Assembly (NCBI GenBank): GCA_963815115.1
Contig: CAWFFN010000007.1
Coordinates: 768,001 to 832,000, forward strand
Direction: 5' to 3'
DNA: 64,000 nt
Source of the DNA: an uncultured delta proteobacterium
GTDB taxonomy: Bacteria; Desulfobacterota; Binatia; DP-6
Position 1 is the stretch's first letter. Each line of letters begins with the position of its first letter. The notes below the pieces were generated by a model, which saw nothing but the letters and a program-made list of their open reading frames with translations, was not told the DNA's origin and did not search any database. Made by a program: the position numbers and the translations under genes. Shown piece by piece: positions 1 through 9,845 of this stretch.

Positions 1-1487
1 CGCTCGACGAAGGCGCGCAGGCTCGGGCTGTCGTCGAGCATGAAGGTGTTGACCGTGATGCCGCGGCGGGTGACGCGCTCGACCTCGCGCAGGGTCTCCT
101 GGGCAGCACGCATGCTGATGCCGCCGAAGGACAGCGGCCACTCGCAGTAGAGCCGGCCGCGCGAGAAGTAGGCCGTCGGCTGGCCGTCGGTGATCACGAT
201 GATGTGCTGGTTGCTGCTCGGGTGGCGTGCCAGGAGCTCGGCCGCGAGGCGCAGCCCGTCCTGCAGGTTGGTGAACGGATCACCCATGTTCCAGCTCGCC
301 TCCGGCAGGTCGCGGAGGCGGAGCTCCACCGCGCGGGTGAAGAACCCGACGATGCCGAAGTAGTCGCGCGGATAGCGCGACCGGATCAGGCTCTCCATCG
401 CGAGAGCGACCTTCTTCGCCGCCGCGAAGCGCCCCTCCCACGACATCGACCAGCTCATGTCGAGCAGGAGCACCGTGGAGCTGGTGGTGGTCTGGTCGGC
501 CGCGTACACCTCGAAGTCGTCCGGCGCGAGGGCCAGGGGCGTTCCCGGCCGCCGCGCGACCGCCTTCTTGAGCGTCGCCACGAGGTCGAGCGCCAGCGGA
601 TCGCCGAAGCGATAGGGGCGCGTCTCCTCCGGGCGCAGCAGCGTGGCGCCGCGCTTGTCGGTGGCGTGACCGCCGGGACGGTCGCGCAGCAGACCCTGAT
701 AGATGTCGCGCAGCGCGAGGTGCCCGATGCGCCGCACGCCCTTCGGCGACAGCACCGCGCGTCCTTCCCGTTGCGTCACGTAGCCGGCCTGCGCGATCGC
801 CCGCATCATGCCCTGGAGGAGCTGCAAGCTGCGCTGCGCTCCCGGTCCGAGCAGCTCGCCGAGCTGGCTGGCGTCGATCATGTCGAGGTTGCCGCTGAGG
901 AGCTGCTCCTCGAGCCGCTTCCACGCCTCTATCTCACGCATGAGGTCGATGGCCTCGGCGAAGCTCAAGGAGCGCGGGCCGTGGAACAGATCACCGTAGC
1001 GCCGCTCGAACTCCTCCAGCCCCCGGATGTTCTCGAGCTCGTCGCGCAGCGCCTCGTACAGCGCCTCGGCTTCGCCATTCTCGAAGGCGTAGTCGGCGAG
1101 CGCCGCCAGGGCGTCCGACAGCCGGGGCGGCAGCTGATCGAGCTGGCTTCGCTTGCGGGCGGCCCGCTCCTGGTCGTCGAGCCCGTCCAGGGTCTCGCGC
1201 TCGAGGTCGAGGAGCTCCTCGAGCTTTTCGCGCATCTCGGCCATGGCCCCGCGCAGGTTGACCTCGCGGTAGCGGGCTCGCATCGCCTCGCGCAGCTCCT
1301 CGAGGAGGTCGTCGAGCCCGAGCACGCGGATGCCCTCGAGCTCGAGTCCCTGGTGGCGCAGCCAGTCGAGCGCCTGCTGGACGTCGTCGGTGTACGACAG
1401 GTACTCGGAGAGCTTGTCGAACACCTCCTCGGCAGTCAGGCGCACCTGCTGGGTGCCGTCCCACGCCGTGTAGCGGACGACGAGCAT
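1..1487 (-). CDS. VWA-domain protein, partner of the adjacent AAA+ ATPase (3' end runs off the window)
   Basis: Manual translation: MLVVRYTAWDGTQQVRLTAEEVFDKLSEYLSY... with MIDAS-like LLLDMSWSMSWEGRF and IIVITDGQPTA. ATG overlaps the upstream TGA (TGATG). Not in the ORF track because it is truncated. Confidence 0.85.
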   Translation of the reverse strand, partial: MLVVRYTAWDGTQQVRLTAEEVFDKLSEYLSYTDDVQQALDWLRHQGLELEGIRVLGLDDLLEELREAMRARYREVNLRGAMAEMREKLEELLDLERETLDGLDDQERAARKRSQLDQLPPRLSDALAALADYAFENGEAEALYEALRDELENIRGLEEFERRYGDLFHGPRSLSFAEAIDLMREIEAWKRLEEQLLSGNLDMIDASQLGELLGPGAQRSLQLLQGMMRAIAQAGYVTQREGRAVLSPKGVRRIGHLALRDIYQGLLRDRPGGHATDKRGATLLRPEETRPYRFGDPLALDLVATLKKAVARRPGTPLALAPDDFEVYAADQTTTSSTVLLLDMSWSMSWEGRFAAAKKVALAMESLIRSRYPRDYFGIVGFFTRAVELRLRDLPEASWNMGDPFTNLQDGLRLAAELLARHPSSNQHIIVITDGQPTAYFSRGRLYCEWPLSFGGISMRAAQETLREVERVTRRGITVNTFMLDDSPSLRAFVE

Positions 1488-2893
1488 CAGGCGCGGTAGG
1501 CCCAGCGGCCCCCTTCGCGGTCCTTGTTGAGGCGCTGGTGCAGGTGCAGCCCTTCCAGCACCAGCTCGATCGCCGCCGCCATGAGCCCAGGGCTCTCGAA
1601 CGGCCCGAGCAGCGCGACCGCCTCGCGCAGCCCCGGGATCTTCTGCACGCCCTCGCGATACTCCGCCGAGGGCATCCGGTCCGACACCTCGACGCCCCAG
1701 CCGGCCTCGAAGTGTCCGACGATCCGTCCGAGCGCCTCCACCGAGAGGAAGCGATCCCACACCACCAGGACCGCCCGGTTGATCAGGCGATCGACGAGGT
1801 CCTCTTCCTTCTTGTCCTCGCCGGCGTACTCGAGCTCGATCTTGCCCGCCGTCGAGGCGAGCACCGCGTGCAGATCGGTCAGGCGGGGCACGATCTCGCG
1901 CTCGCCGGTCCGCAGCGCGCGCTTCTCCGCGTTGGAGATCAAGGTCTCGTAGTTGTTGATGCTGACCCGCACGCTCACGCCCGAGCTCTGGCTGATCTCG
2001 TTCGATGCCCGCGCCTCGAGCGTCACCTGCGCCACCAGCTCCTTCATGAACTGCGGCACGCGCAGCTCGCGCCCGTCGCGATCGACGGGCGTCGCCTCCT
2101 GCTCCATGATGGCGATCTCGTCCTCGAGCGTGCGCGGATAGTGGGTGCGGATCTGCACGTCGAAGCGGTCCTTGAGCGGCGTGATGATGCGCCCCCGGCT
2201 GGTGTAGTCCTCCGGGTTGGCGCTGGCGACGATCACGACGTCGAGCGGCAGGTGGATGCGATAGCCCTTGATCTGGACGTCGCGCTCCTCCATCAGGTTG
2301 AACAGGCCCACCTGGACCTTCTCCGTGAGGTCGGGCAGCTCGTTGATGGCGAAGATGCCGCGATGGCTGCGCGGGATCAGGCCGTAGTGGATGGTCTCCT
2401 CGTCCGCCAGGTAGCGGCCCTCGGCCACCTTCACGGGGTCGATCTCGCCCACCAGATCGGCCATCGAGACGTCGGGGGTGGCGAGCTTCTCGCCGTAGCG
2501 CTGCGCCGGCGCGATCCAGGCGACGGCGAGCGCGTCGCCCTCCGCCGCGACCCGGTGCCGGCAGGGCGCGCACAGCGGCGCGAACGGGTCGTCGTTGATC
2601 TGGCATCCCGCGACTGCCGGCACCAGCGGGTCGAGGAACCGCCGCAGGCTGCGGATGATGCGGCTCTTCCCCTGCCCGCGCTCGCCGAGGAACACCATGT
2701 GGTGGCCGGCGAGCAGCGCGTTCTCGATCTCCGGCACGACCGTGTCGTCGTAGCCGATGATGCCGGGCAGCAGGCGGTCGCCGCTCGCCAACCGCGCGAG
2801 CGCGTTGCGGCGCATCTCCTCGCGCACGGGACGCACCCGATAGCCAGACGCCTTCAGCTCGCCGAGCGTGCTCGGCCGGACGGACTCATGCAC
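1487..2893 (-). CDS. Mg-chelatase ChlI-like/MoxR-like AAA+ ATPase
   Basis: Walker A GERGQGKS, Walker B IFAINE, ASANPEDY, LKDRF. GGAGG lies 8 nt upstream of the GTG start. Confidence 0.88.
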   Translation of the reverse strand: MHESVRPSTLGELKASGYRVRPVREEMRRNALARLASGDRLLPGIIGYDDTVVPEIENALLAGHHMVFLGERGQGKSRIIRSLRRFLDPLVPAVAGCQINDDPFAPLCAPCRHRVAAEGDALAVAWIAPAQRYGEKLATPDVSMADLVGEIDPVKVAEGRYLADEETIHYGLIPRSHRGIFAINELPDLTEKVQVGLFNLMEERDVQIKGYRIHLPLDVVIVASANPEDYTSRGRIITPLKDRFDVQIRTHYPRTLEDEIAIMEQEATPVDRDGRELRVPQFMKELVAQVTLEARASNEISQSSGVSVRVSINNYETLISNAEKRALRTGEREIVPRLTDLHAVLASTAGKIELEYAGEDKKEEDLVDRLINRAVLVVWDRFLSVEALGRIVGHFEAGWGVEVSDRMPSAEYREGVQKIPGLREAVALLGPFESPGLMAAAIELVLEGLHLHQRLNKDREGGRWAYRA

Positions 2894-2922
2894 GATTGCC
2901 GCCTCCGTGTGATTGGCGGCGG

Positions 2923-2952
2923 ATCATACACGGGTCCTCGCAAACGAGACAA
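2923..2952 (-). promoter_or_regulatory. putative sigma70 promoter for the AAA/VWA pair
   Basis: TTGTCT-N18-TATGAT on the minus strand. Confidence 0.45.
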
Positions 2953-2977
2953 CCAAACGGCCCGGCGGCCGGCCGGC

Positions 2978-3466
2978 TCATCCGTCGAGCCAGCCGAAGG
3001 CGGGTCGCAGACGCTCCCAGGTCGTCAGCAGATGCTCCGGCACCACGCGCACGTCGTCCAGCACGGGCATGAAGTTGGTGTCGCCGGTCCAGCGCGGCAC
3101 CAGGTGCCAGTGGAGATGATCCTTCACGCCCGCTCCCGCCGGCGCACCGAGATTCATCCCGAGGTTGAACCCTTGCGGGCGCAGCACCGCCTCGAGCGAG
3201 GCGAGCGCGCGCCGCAGCGTCTCGGCGAGATCGGCATGCTCGTCCGCAGGCAGGTCGGGCAGCGACGCGCCATGCCGCCGCGGTGCCACCATCAGGTGGC
3301 CGCTCGCGTACGGGTAGCGGTTCAGCATCACCAGACTCGCCGCGGTGGTCCCGAGGAGCAGCCGCTCGCGCGGGTCGCCGTCGGTGGCGTGACAGAAGAT
3401 GCACCCGGCGTCGGTTTTCTCGGCACCGACGTACGCCATGCGCCACGGGGCCCAGAGAACCTTCAT
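2978..3466 (-). CDS. HIT-family hydrolase (Ap4A phosphorylase-like)
   Basis: MKVLWAPWRMAY start, CIFC, NRYPYASGHLMV, HLHWHLVPRW histidine triad. Confidence 0.92.
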   Translation of the reverse strand: MKVLWAPWRMAYVGAEKTDAGCIFCHATDGDPRERLLLGTTAASLVMLNRYPYASGHLMVAPRRHGASLPDLPADEHADLAETLRRALASLEAVLRPQGFNLGMNLGAPAGAGVKDHLHWHLVPRWTGDTNFMPVLDDVRVVPEHLLTTWERLRPAFGWLDG

Positions 3467-3538
3467 CGCGCCCCGAGACTGCGTCTGGGACGCAAGCGGA
3501 AGCGGGCGTGGAGCGTTCGGTCGGTCGGGCGAGCGCCC

Positions 3539-3675
3539 TGCCGCGGCCGGCGAAGCCGGCGCGGCAACACGTGGCACGCCCGCGAGCCCTGCCCGATGCG
3601 TCCCACGTCATCTGCGAGCGTGCCGCCGGCTCGTACTCCGGCACGTCTGCCGCGCCGGCTTCGCCGGCCGCGGCA
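3539..3675. repeat. pair of perfect 28-bp inverted repeats, each a self-hairpin (REP/REPIN-like)
   Basis: 3539-3566 TGCCGCGGCCGGCGAAGCCGGCGCGGCA is the exact reverse complement of 3648-3675, with an 81-nt spacer. Confidence 0.8.
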
Positions 3676-3699
3676 CGACGTCCGCACGGGCATCGAGCC

Positions 3700-4044
3700 T
3701 CACTCTCGTTCTCCGTCCCGACTCGAGACGAAGTCTCGGGTCGGCTCCTCGTCCGGGGTCCACGGCTTGCCGTCGACCCGCAGCCGCAGCTCCTTCCCGA
3801 CCTTGAAGAAGGGCACGCGCTTGGCGTGCACGGGGACGAGCGCTCCGGTCTTCGGATTGCGACCCTCGCGCGCCTGGCGCCGCTTCACCACGAAGCTGCC
3901 GAACCCGCGGATCTCGATCCGCTCGCCACGCACCAGCGCCTGGGTGAGACTGTCGAAGACCTCGTTGACGATCACCTCGGCGTCGCGCCGCGAGAACCGG
4001 GGGAACAGCTTCACCACCTCGTCGATGAGATCGCGCTTCGTCAT
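3700..4044 (-). CDS. ihfB: integration host factor subunit beta
   Basis: MTKRDLI...RIEIRGFGSF...GRNPKTG...PFFKVGKELR; lies directly downstream of rpsA. Confidence 0.92.
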   Translation of the reverse strand: MTKRDLIDEVVKLFPRFSRRDAEVIVNEVFDSLTQALVRGERIEIRGFGSFVVKRRQAREGRNPKTGALVPVHAKRVPFFKVGKELRLRVDGKPWTPDEEPTRDFVSSRDGERE

Positions 4045-4074
4045 GGCGGGTCCCCCGGCGCCGAGGCGTGCGCC

Positions 4075-5793
4075 TCAGGCCTTGCTCTTGTCGCGTGCTT
4101 CGAGGTCCTCGGTCATGATGTCGGCGAAGGAGAACTTGGCTCCCTCGCGCTCGCGCCGGAGGTAGGCGTCGACCTCTTCGCGCTCCTCGCTGCGCCGGAG
4201 CGCCTTGATGGAGAGCGCGATGCGCTTCTCGCGGGCATCGACCTGGGTGACCTCGGCCTCGATCTCGTCGCCCACCTTGTAGAGCGACGACGGGCGGTCG
4301 ACGCGCTCGGTGGAGAGCTGCGAGACGTGCACGAGCCCCTCGACGCCCTCCTCGAGCTCCACGAACACGCCGAAGTCGGTGACGCTCGAGACCTTGCCCC
4401 GCACGCGTCCGCCCACGGGATAGCGCGTCGGCACCTGCGACCACGGGTCCTCGGTGAGCTGCTTGATGCCGAGCGAGATGCGCTCGTTGTCGACGTCGAT
4501 GCCCAGCACCACCGCCTCGACGTCGTCGCCCTTCTTGAAGAACTCCGAGGGGTGCTTGACCTTCTTCGTCCAGTGCAGGTCGGAGACGTGCACCAGGCCG
4601 TCGATCCCTTCCTCCAGCTCGACGAACAGGCCGAAGTCGGTGATGCTCTTCACCTTGCCGCTCACCCGGCTGCCCACGGGATGGTTGATGCGGACCAGCT
4701 CCCAGGGATTGGGCTCGGTCTGCTTGAGGCCGAGCGAGATGCGGCGGTTGTGGGCGTCGATGTCCAGGACCTGGACGTCCACCTCCTGCCCGACCTCGAG
4801 CACCTTCGAGGGATGCGTCACGCGCTTCGTCCACGACATCTCGGAGACGTGCACCAGGCCCTCGAGCCCGGACTCGATCTCGACGAAGGCGCCGTAGTCG
4901 GTGATGCTCTGGACCTTACCGTGCACCCGGGCGCCGATGGGCAGGCGCTCGCTCACCGTGCTCCAGGGATCGGGCATGATCTGTTTCATGCCGAGCGACA
5001 CGCGCTCGCGCTCGGGATCGTACTTGAGCACGACCACCTTGACGTGATCCCCGACGTTCACCACCTCGGACGGATGGCCGACGCGCGCCCACGACATGTC
5101 GGTGACGTGCAGCAGGCCGTCGATGCCGCCGAGATCGACGAACGCGCCGTAGTCGGTGATGTTCTTGACCGTGCCCTCGAGAATGACGCCTTCCTCGAGC
5201 ACCTTGAGCGTCTCTTCCTTGAGCTGCGTGCGCTCGCGCTCGAGCACCGCGCGCCGCGACACCACCACGTTGCCGCGCGAGCGGTTGAACTTGAGGATCG
5301 CGAAGCGTCCGCGCTGCCCGATGTAGCGGTCGAGGTTGCGCGCCGGCCGCAGATCGGCGTGCGATCCCGGAAGGAAGGCCGGGACGCCGATGTCGACCTT
5401 GAGACCGCCCTTCACCTTCCCGACGATGGCGCCCTCGACCGCGCCCTCGGCCTCGAAGGCTCGCTCGATGTCACGCCACACGACGAGCTGCAGCGCCTTC
5501 TGGCGCGACAGGTGGACGTTGCCGCTCTCCGTCTCCGTCGACTCGAAGAAGACCTCGACCGAATCGCCCTCCTGCACCGCGACCTCGCCCTCGCGCGAGG
5601 TGAACTCGTGGATGGGAACGGTACCCTCGCACTTGTAGCCGATATCGACGGTGACGCTGTCGCGTCCCACCCGAACCACCCGGCCGGTGACGATGTCACC
5701 CGGCTTCGGGCTCTTCAGGCTCTGCTCGAAGAGGGCGGCAAAATCCTCTTCGGCTCCGGTCGCTGGACCGGGCTTCTCCGACGATACGGACAT
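4075..5793 (-). CDS. rpsA: 30S ribosomal protein S1
   Basis: Six S1 repeats (GTVKNITDYGAFVDLGGIDGLLHV etc.); start MSVSSEK. Confidence 0.97.
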   Translation of the reverse strand: MSVSSEKPGPATGAEEDFAALFEQSLKSPKPGDIVTGRVVRVGRDSVTVDIGYKCEGTVPIHEFTSREGEVAVQEGDSVEVFFESTETESGNVHLSRQKALQLVVWRDIERAFEAEGAVEGAIVGKVKGGLKVDIGVPAFLPGSHADLRPARNLDRYIGQRGRFAILKFNRSRGNVVVSRRAVLERERTQLKEETLKVLEEGVILEGTVKNITDYGAFVDLGGIDGLLHVTDMSWARVGHPSEVVNVGDHVKVVVLKYDPERERVSLGMKQIMPDPWSTVSERLPIGARVHGKVQSITDYGAFVEIESGLEGLVHVSEMSWTKRVTHPSKVLEVGQEVDVQVLDIDAHNRRISLGLKQTEPNPWELVRINHPVGSRVSGKVKSITDFGLFVELEEGIDGLVHVSDLHWTKKVKHPSEFFKKGDDVEAVVLGIDVDNERISLGIKQLTEDPWSQVPTRYPVGGRVRGKVSSVTDFGVFVELEEGVEGLVHVSQLSTERVDRPSSLYKVGDEIEAEVTQVDAREKRIALSIKALRRSEEREEVDAYLRREREGAKFSFADIMTEDLEARDKSKA

Positions 5794-5847
5794 CAATGGG
5801 ATACCCCCTGCGGGACGGACTGTTGCAGGCGTACGCGCAACCGGCAA

Positions 5848-5876
5848 TCCATAGCGTTGTTCACTCACGCTTGCAA
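5848..5876 (-). promoter_or_regulatory. putative sigma70 promoter of rpsA
   Basis: TTGCAA-N17-TATGGA in the AT-richer cmk-rpsA gap. Confidence 0.5.
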
Positions 5877-5894
5877 GACCAAAGGGCTTTCTCC

Positions 5895-6569
5895 TCAGCG
5901 CAGATCTGCCAGACAGGCTACCACCACCCGCTCCATCTGCGCTACGACCTGCTCTAGCGTGAAGGCGCTGGTGTCGAGGCGGAGCGCGTCGGCCGCCGGA
6001 CGCAACGGCGAGTGGCTGCGCGCGCTGTCGCGCCGATCGCGGGCTTCGATCTCGCGGGCGAGGGCCGCCTCGTCCACGGCCTCGCCCCGGGCGCGGAGCT
6101 CCATGGCTCGCCGCCGCGCCCGCACGGCCGGGTCGGCGGTCAGGTAGAGCTTGACCTCGGCGTGCGGGAACACGGCCGTGCCGATGTCCCGCCCCTCCAT
6201 CACCACCCCGCCGCCCGCACCGAGCTCGCGCTGCAAGGCGACCAGGCGCTCGCGCACCGCGGGACGGGTCGAGACACGCGACGCCAGCTCCCCGGCCTCG
6301 GCGCGGCGGATCGCCGCCGAGAGGTCGTTCCCGTCGACCGCGAGACCCGTCCCCCGGTCGCGCAGCTCGAAGCGCAGGCCGCCCACCAGGCGTGCGAGCG
6401 CGGCGTCGTCGTCCAGCGGAACGCCGCGGTCGTGCGCGATCACGCCGACCGCGCGGTACATCGCGCCCGTGTCGACGTACGCGTAGCCGAGCCGGCCGGC
6501 GAGCGCTCGGCTCGCCGTGCTCTTGCCCGCGCCCGCGGGCCCGTCGACCGCGACCACGATCCGCCGCAT
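5895..6569 (-). CDS. cmk: (d)CMP kinase, bacterial type
   Basis: VAVDGPAGAGKST, DTGAMYRA, VMEGRDIGT, RDRRDSAR; sits between aroA and rpsA. Confidence 0.96.
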   Translation of the reverse strand: MRRIVVAVDGPAGAGKSTASRALAGRLGYAYVDTGAMYRAVGVIAHDRGVPLDDDAALARLVGGLRFELRDRGTGLAVDGNDLSAAIRRAEAGELASRVSTRPAVRERLVALQRELGAGGGVVMEGRDIGTAVFPHAEVKLYLTADPAVRARRRAMELRARGEAVDEAALAREIEARDRRDSARSHSPLRPAADALRLDTSAFTLEQVVAQMERVVVACLADLR

Positions 6570-7870
6570 CACCCGCCTTCGACCGGCGCCCCGAGCCCGG
6601 CGAGCCTCGCGAAGAACCCCGGAAACGAGACGCCCACGCACTCCGGGTCCGCGATCTCGATGCCGCCCTCGGCCCGTAGCCCGGCCACGGCGAACGCCAT
6701 GGCGATGCGGTGGTCGCCAGCGGCGTCGATCCGGCCGCCGCGCAGCTGCCCGTCACCGAGGCCACGCAGGATGAGTCCATCCTGGGAGACCTGGATGGGC
6801 ACGCCGAGCGGCACCAGCTGCTCGAGGGCGGCGAGGCGATCGCTCTCCTTCACCCGCAGCTCGCCCGCGCCGCTGATGCGCGTCTCGCCCTCGGCGAGCG
6901 CGGCGGCGATCGCCAGGAGGGGCAGCTCGTCGATCGCCGCCGGCACCTCGTCCGCCGCGATGGTGGTGCCATGCAGGCGAGACGCGCGCACGACGAGATC
7001 GCCGCGCGGCTCACCGGCCTCGTCGTGCAGGCCCTCGACGCGCACATCGGCACCCATGCGCCGGAGGATATCGAGCGCACCGGTCCGTGTCGGATTGAGC
7101 CCGACGCCGCGCAGGCGGACCTCCGAGCCCGGGACCACGAGCGCCGCCACGACGAGGAACGCCGCCGACGACGGATCGCCGGGCACCGGGATCTCGGCGC
7201 CGCGCAGCCGCTGTCCCCCGCGGAGCGTCACCCTGCCCTCCGCACGCTCGACCTGCACGCCCATGTGACCGAGGAGGCGCTCCGTGTGGTCGCGGCTCGG
7301 AAGCGGCTCACGCACGCGGGTCTGGCCGCGCGCGCGCAGGCCGGCGAGCAGGACGGCCGACTTGAGCTGGGCACTGGCCACCGGGAGCGTCCACTCGATC
7401 CCGTCGAGCGTGCCGCCACGCACCCGGACCGGGGCACGGCCGTCCGTCGTCTCCACCCGGGCACCCATGGCACGCAGCGGCTCGGCGACGCGCTCCATCG
7501 GGCGGCGGCGCAACGAGGCATCGCCATCGAGCGTGCAGGACCCGGTGACTCCCGCGACCAGCCCCATGCCGAGGCGCATGGTGGTGCCGGAGTTGGCACA
7601 ATCGATCTCCACGTCGCGGCCTGCGCCCAGCTCGAGACCGGCGCCGGTGACGTGGACGGTCTCGCCCTCGCGCGACGCCCGGGCTCCCAGGCCGCGCACG
7701 GCCTCGAGGGTGGCCCGCACGTCGCCCCCGCCCGAGAAGCCCCGCACCACGCTCGGACCATCCGCGAGGGCACCGAGGAGCAGCGCGCGATGTCCGATCG
7801 ACTTGTCGCCCGGCACCGACGCGTCGCCCCGCAGCGGTCGGGCCGGCATCCCGACGCGCAGCCGACTCAT
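6569..7870 (-). CDS. aroA: EPSP synthase
   Basis: PGDKSIGHR, NSGTTMRL, ASAQLKS, LRVKESDR, DHRIAMAF. Confidence 0.96.
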   Translation of the reverse strand: MSRLRVGMPARPLRGDASVPGDKSIGHRALLLGALADGPSVVRGFSGGGDVRATLEAVRGLGARASREGETVHVTGAGLELGAGRDVEIDCANSGTTMRLGMGLVAGVTGSCTLDGDASLRRRPMERVAEPLRAMGARVETTDGRAPVRVRGGTLDGIEWTLPVASAQLKSAVLLAGLRARGQTRVREPLPSRDHTERLLGHMGVQVERAEGRVTLRGGQRLRGAEIPVPGDPSSAAFLVVAALVVPGSEVRLRGVGLNPTRTGALDILRRMGADVRVEGLHDEAGEPRGDLVVRASRLHGTTIAADEVPAAIDELPLLAIAAALAEGETRISGAGELRVKESDRLAALEQLVPLGVPIQVSQDGLILRGLGDGQLRGGRIDAAGDHRIAMAFAVAGLRAEGGIEIADPECVGVSFPGFFARLAGLGAPVEGG

Positions 7871-8742
7871 CGCTCGTCTCCGCCGAGCACGCGGCGTGCG
7901 GCCCGTACCTTCGCGATCGCCGCCTCGAGTCCGGCCGCATCCCCCGAGGCCACGAGCTGCTCCAGGCGGTCGAGCGCAGTGCGAAACTCCGCCAGGGCCA
8001 CGCGCAGGGGGCCCGCGTTGGCCAGCGCGATGTCGCGCCACAGCTCGGGTGAGCTGGCGGCGATCCGCGTCGTATCGAGCAGCCCGCTCCCGGCATACCG
8101 GTCGATCGAGCGTCCCGCGGCGCTCGCCCCCGTCACCGCGTCGACGAGGGCGAAGGCGACCAGGTGCGGCAGGTGCGACACGCGCGCGAGGATCGCATCG
8201 TGCGCGGCGGCGTCCATCTCCTCGACGCGGGCCCCGACGCCCTCCCAGAGGCTGCGCACGGCGGCGAGTGCCCCTGCCTGCGTCGTCCTCGTGGGGGTCA
8301 GGATGCAGAGCCGGCCGCGAAAGAGATCCACACGCGCCGCGGACGCCCCGGCGGCCTCGCTGCCCGCGATGGGATGCGCACCGACCACCCGCCCCGGCTC
8401 GGGCCAGCGCGCCTCCAGCGCGTCGACCAGGCTGCTCTTCACGCTGCCGACGTCGGTGAGCACGGTGTGCGCTCCGACGTGGGGCCGGAAAGCATCCGCG
8501 AGCGCCGCGCAGCTCCCCACCGGCACCGCGAGCAGCACGGCATCGGCGCCGGCCGCGGCCGCCGCCGGGTCGCGCGCGACGCGGTCGACGATGCCGCGCT
8601 CGAGCGCGACCCGGAGATTGGCCTCGCTCCGGCCGAAGCCGACCACTTCCCCGACCAGGCCGGCCGCGCGCGCCCCCAGGGCCAGCGAGCCGCCGATGAG
8701 TCCCACGCCCGCGACCGTGAGACGGCCGAAGAGCGGGGTCAT
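7867..8742 (-). CDS. tyrA: prephenate/arogenate dehydrogenase
   Basis: GVGLIGGS, TDVGSVK, GAHPIAGSE, VSHLPHL, DTTRIAAS. Confidence 0.94.
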   Translation of the reverse strand: MTPLFGRLTVAGVGLIGGSLALGARAAGLVGEVVGFGRSEANLRVALERGIVDRVARDPAAAAAGADAVLLAVPVGSCAALADAFRPHVGAHTVLTDVGSVKSSLVDALEARWPEPGRVVGAHPIAGSEAAGASAARVDLFRGRLCILTPTRTTQAGALAAVRSLWEGVGARVEEMDAAAHDAILARVSHLPHLVAFALVDAVTGASAAGRSIDRYAGSGLLDTTRIAASSPELWRDIALANAGPLRVALAEFRTALDRLEQLVASGDAAGLEAAIAKVRAARRVLGGDER

Positions 8743-9845
8743 GCGCCCTCGCGCAGGACCGTCTCCAGCGCCTCGACGAACCGGGCGTTCTCCTCCGGCA
8801 GGCCGATGGTGACCCGCAGGTACTCGGGCAGTCCGTAGCCGTCCATCGGACGAACGATGACGCCTCGCCGCAGCAGCGCCTCGTAGACCGCGAGCCCGCG
8901 GCCGACGCGGACCAGGATGAAGTTCGCAGCGCTCGGCACGAAGGGCAGCTCGAGACGCCGGAAGGCCTCCGTCAGCAGGCGCATGCCCTCGCGGTTGACC
9001 GCGAGGGTCCGCCGGACGTGCTCGTCGTCCTCCAGCGCCGCCAGTGCGCCGACCAGCGCGAGCGCGTTCACGTTGAAGGGCTGGCGGATGCGCTGCATGG
9101 CTTCGATCACCGGCGCCGGAGCGACGGCATAGCCGATCCGGAGTCCCGCGAGGCCGTAGAGCTTCGAGAACGTCCGCAGCGTCACCACCGGCACCGTCCC
9201 GTCGCCGCGGAGCGCGACGGTGTCGGGATACTCCGGGTCCTCGACGTAGTCGGCGTAGGCATCGTCGGCCACGACCAGGAGCTGGCGCGGCGGGAGCGCG
9301 CGCAGGAAGGCCTCCCAGGCTGCGCGCCGGAAGATCGTTCCCGTCGGGTTGTTCGGATTGGCCAGGAACACGAGCCGCGTCCGGGGCGTGACCGCCTCCG
9401 CCATGGCGTCCAAGTCGTGGGTGAAGTTGCGCAGCGGGATCACGCGCGGCGTCGCCGCGACCGCCTGCACGACCATGCGGTAGATCACGAACGCCTGGTC
9501 GGCCATGACTGCCTCGTCGCGCGGCCGCAGGAAGGTGCGGACGATGAGCTCGATGATCTCGTTGGAGCCGTTGCCGACCAGGATGTCGTCCGGCGACACC
9601 CCGTGGCGCTCGGCCAGGCGGCGGCGGAGATAGAACGCCGAGCCGTCCGGGTAGAGATGGACCGTCCGCAGCGCCTCGGCCACGGCCGCCATGGCCTTGG
9701 GCGACGGGCCGAGCGGGTTCTCGTTCGAGGCGAGCTTGATGGAGCCGGAGATGCCGAGCTCGCGCTCGACCTCCTCGATCGGCTTCCCCGGCGGATACGG
9801 CGTGAGGGTCCGGATCCACTCCGGCACCAGATGTCGGATGTCCAT
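8739..9845 (-). CDS. hisC: histidinol-phosphate/aromatic aminotransferase
   Basis: KLASNENP, GNGSNEII, NPNNPTG, RTFSKLYGLAGLRIGY. Confidence 0.95.
   Translation of the reverse strand: MDIRHLVPEWIRTLTPYPPGKPIEEVERELGISGSIKLASNENPLGPSPKAMAAVAEALRTVHLYPDGSAFYLRRRLAERHGVSPDDILVGNGSNEIIELIVRTFLRPRDEAVMADQAFVIYRMVVQAVAATPRVIPLRNFTHDLDAMAEAVTPRTRLVFLANPNNPTGTIFRRAAWEAFLRALPPRQLLVVADDAYADYVEDPEYPDTVALRGDGTVPVVTLRTFSKLYGLAGLRIGYAVAPAPVIEAMQRIRQPFNVNALALVGALAALEDDEHVRRTLAVNREGMRLLTEAFRRLELPFVPSAANFILVRVGRGLAVYEALLRRGVIVRPMDGYGLPEYLRVTIGLPEENARFVEALETVLREGA

Noticed and set aside
4075-6780. Apparent long N-terminal extensions or fusions on rpsA, tyrA, lpxK, msbA, lpxB and others in the ORF track
   Set aside because: The extensions are alternate-frame read-through of the upstream gene. 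True starts coincide with stop/start overlaps.
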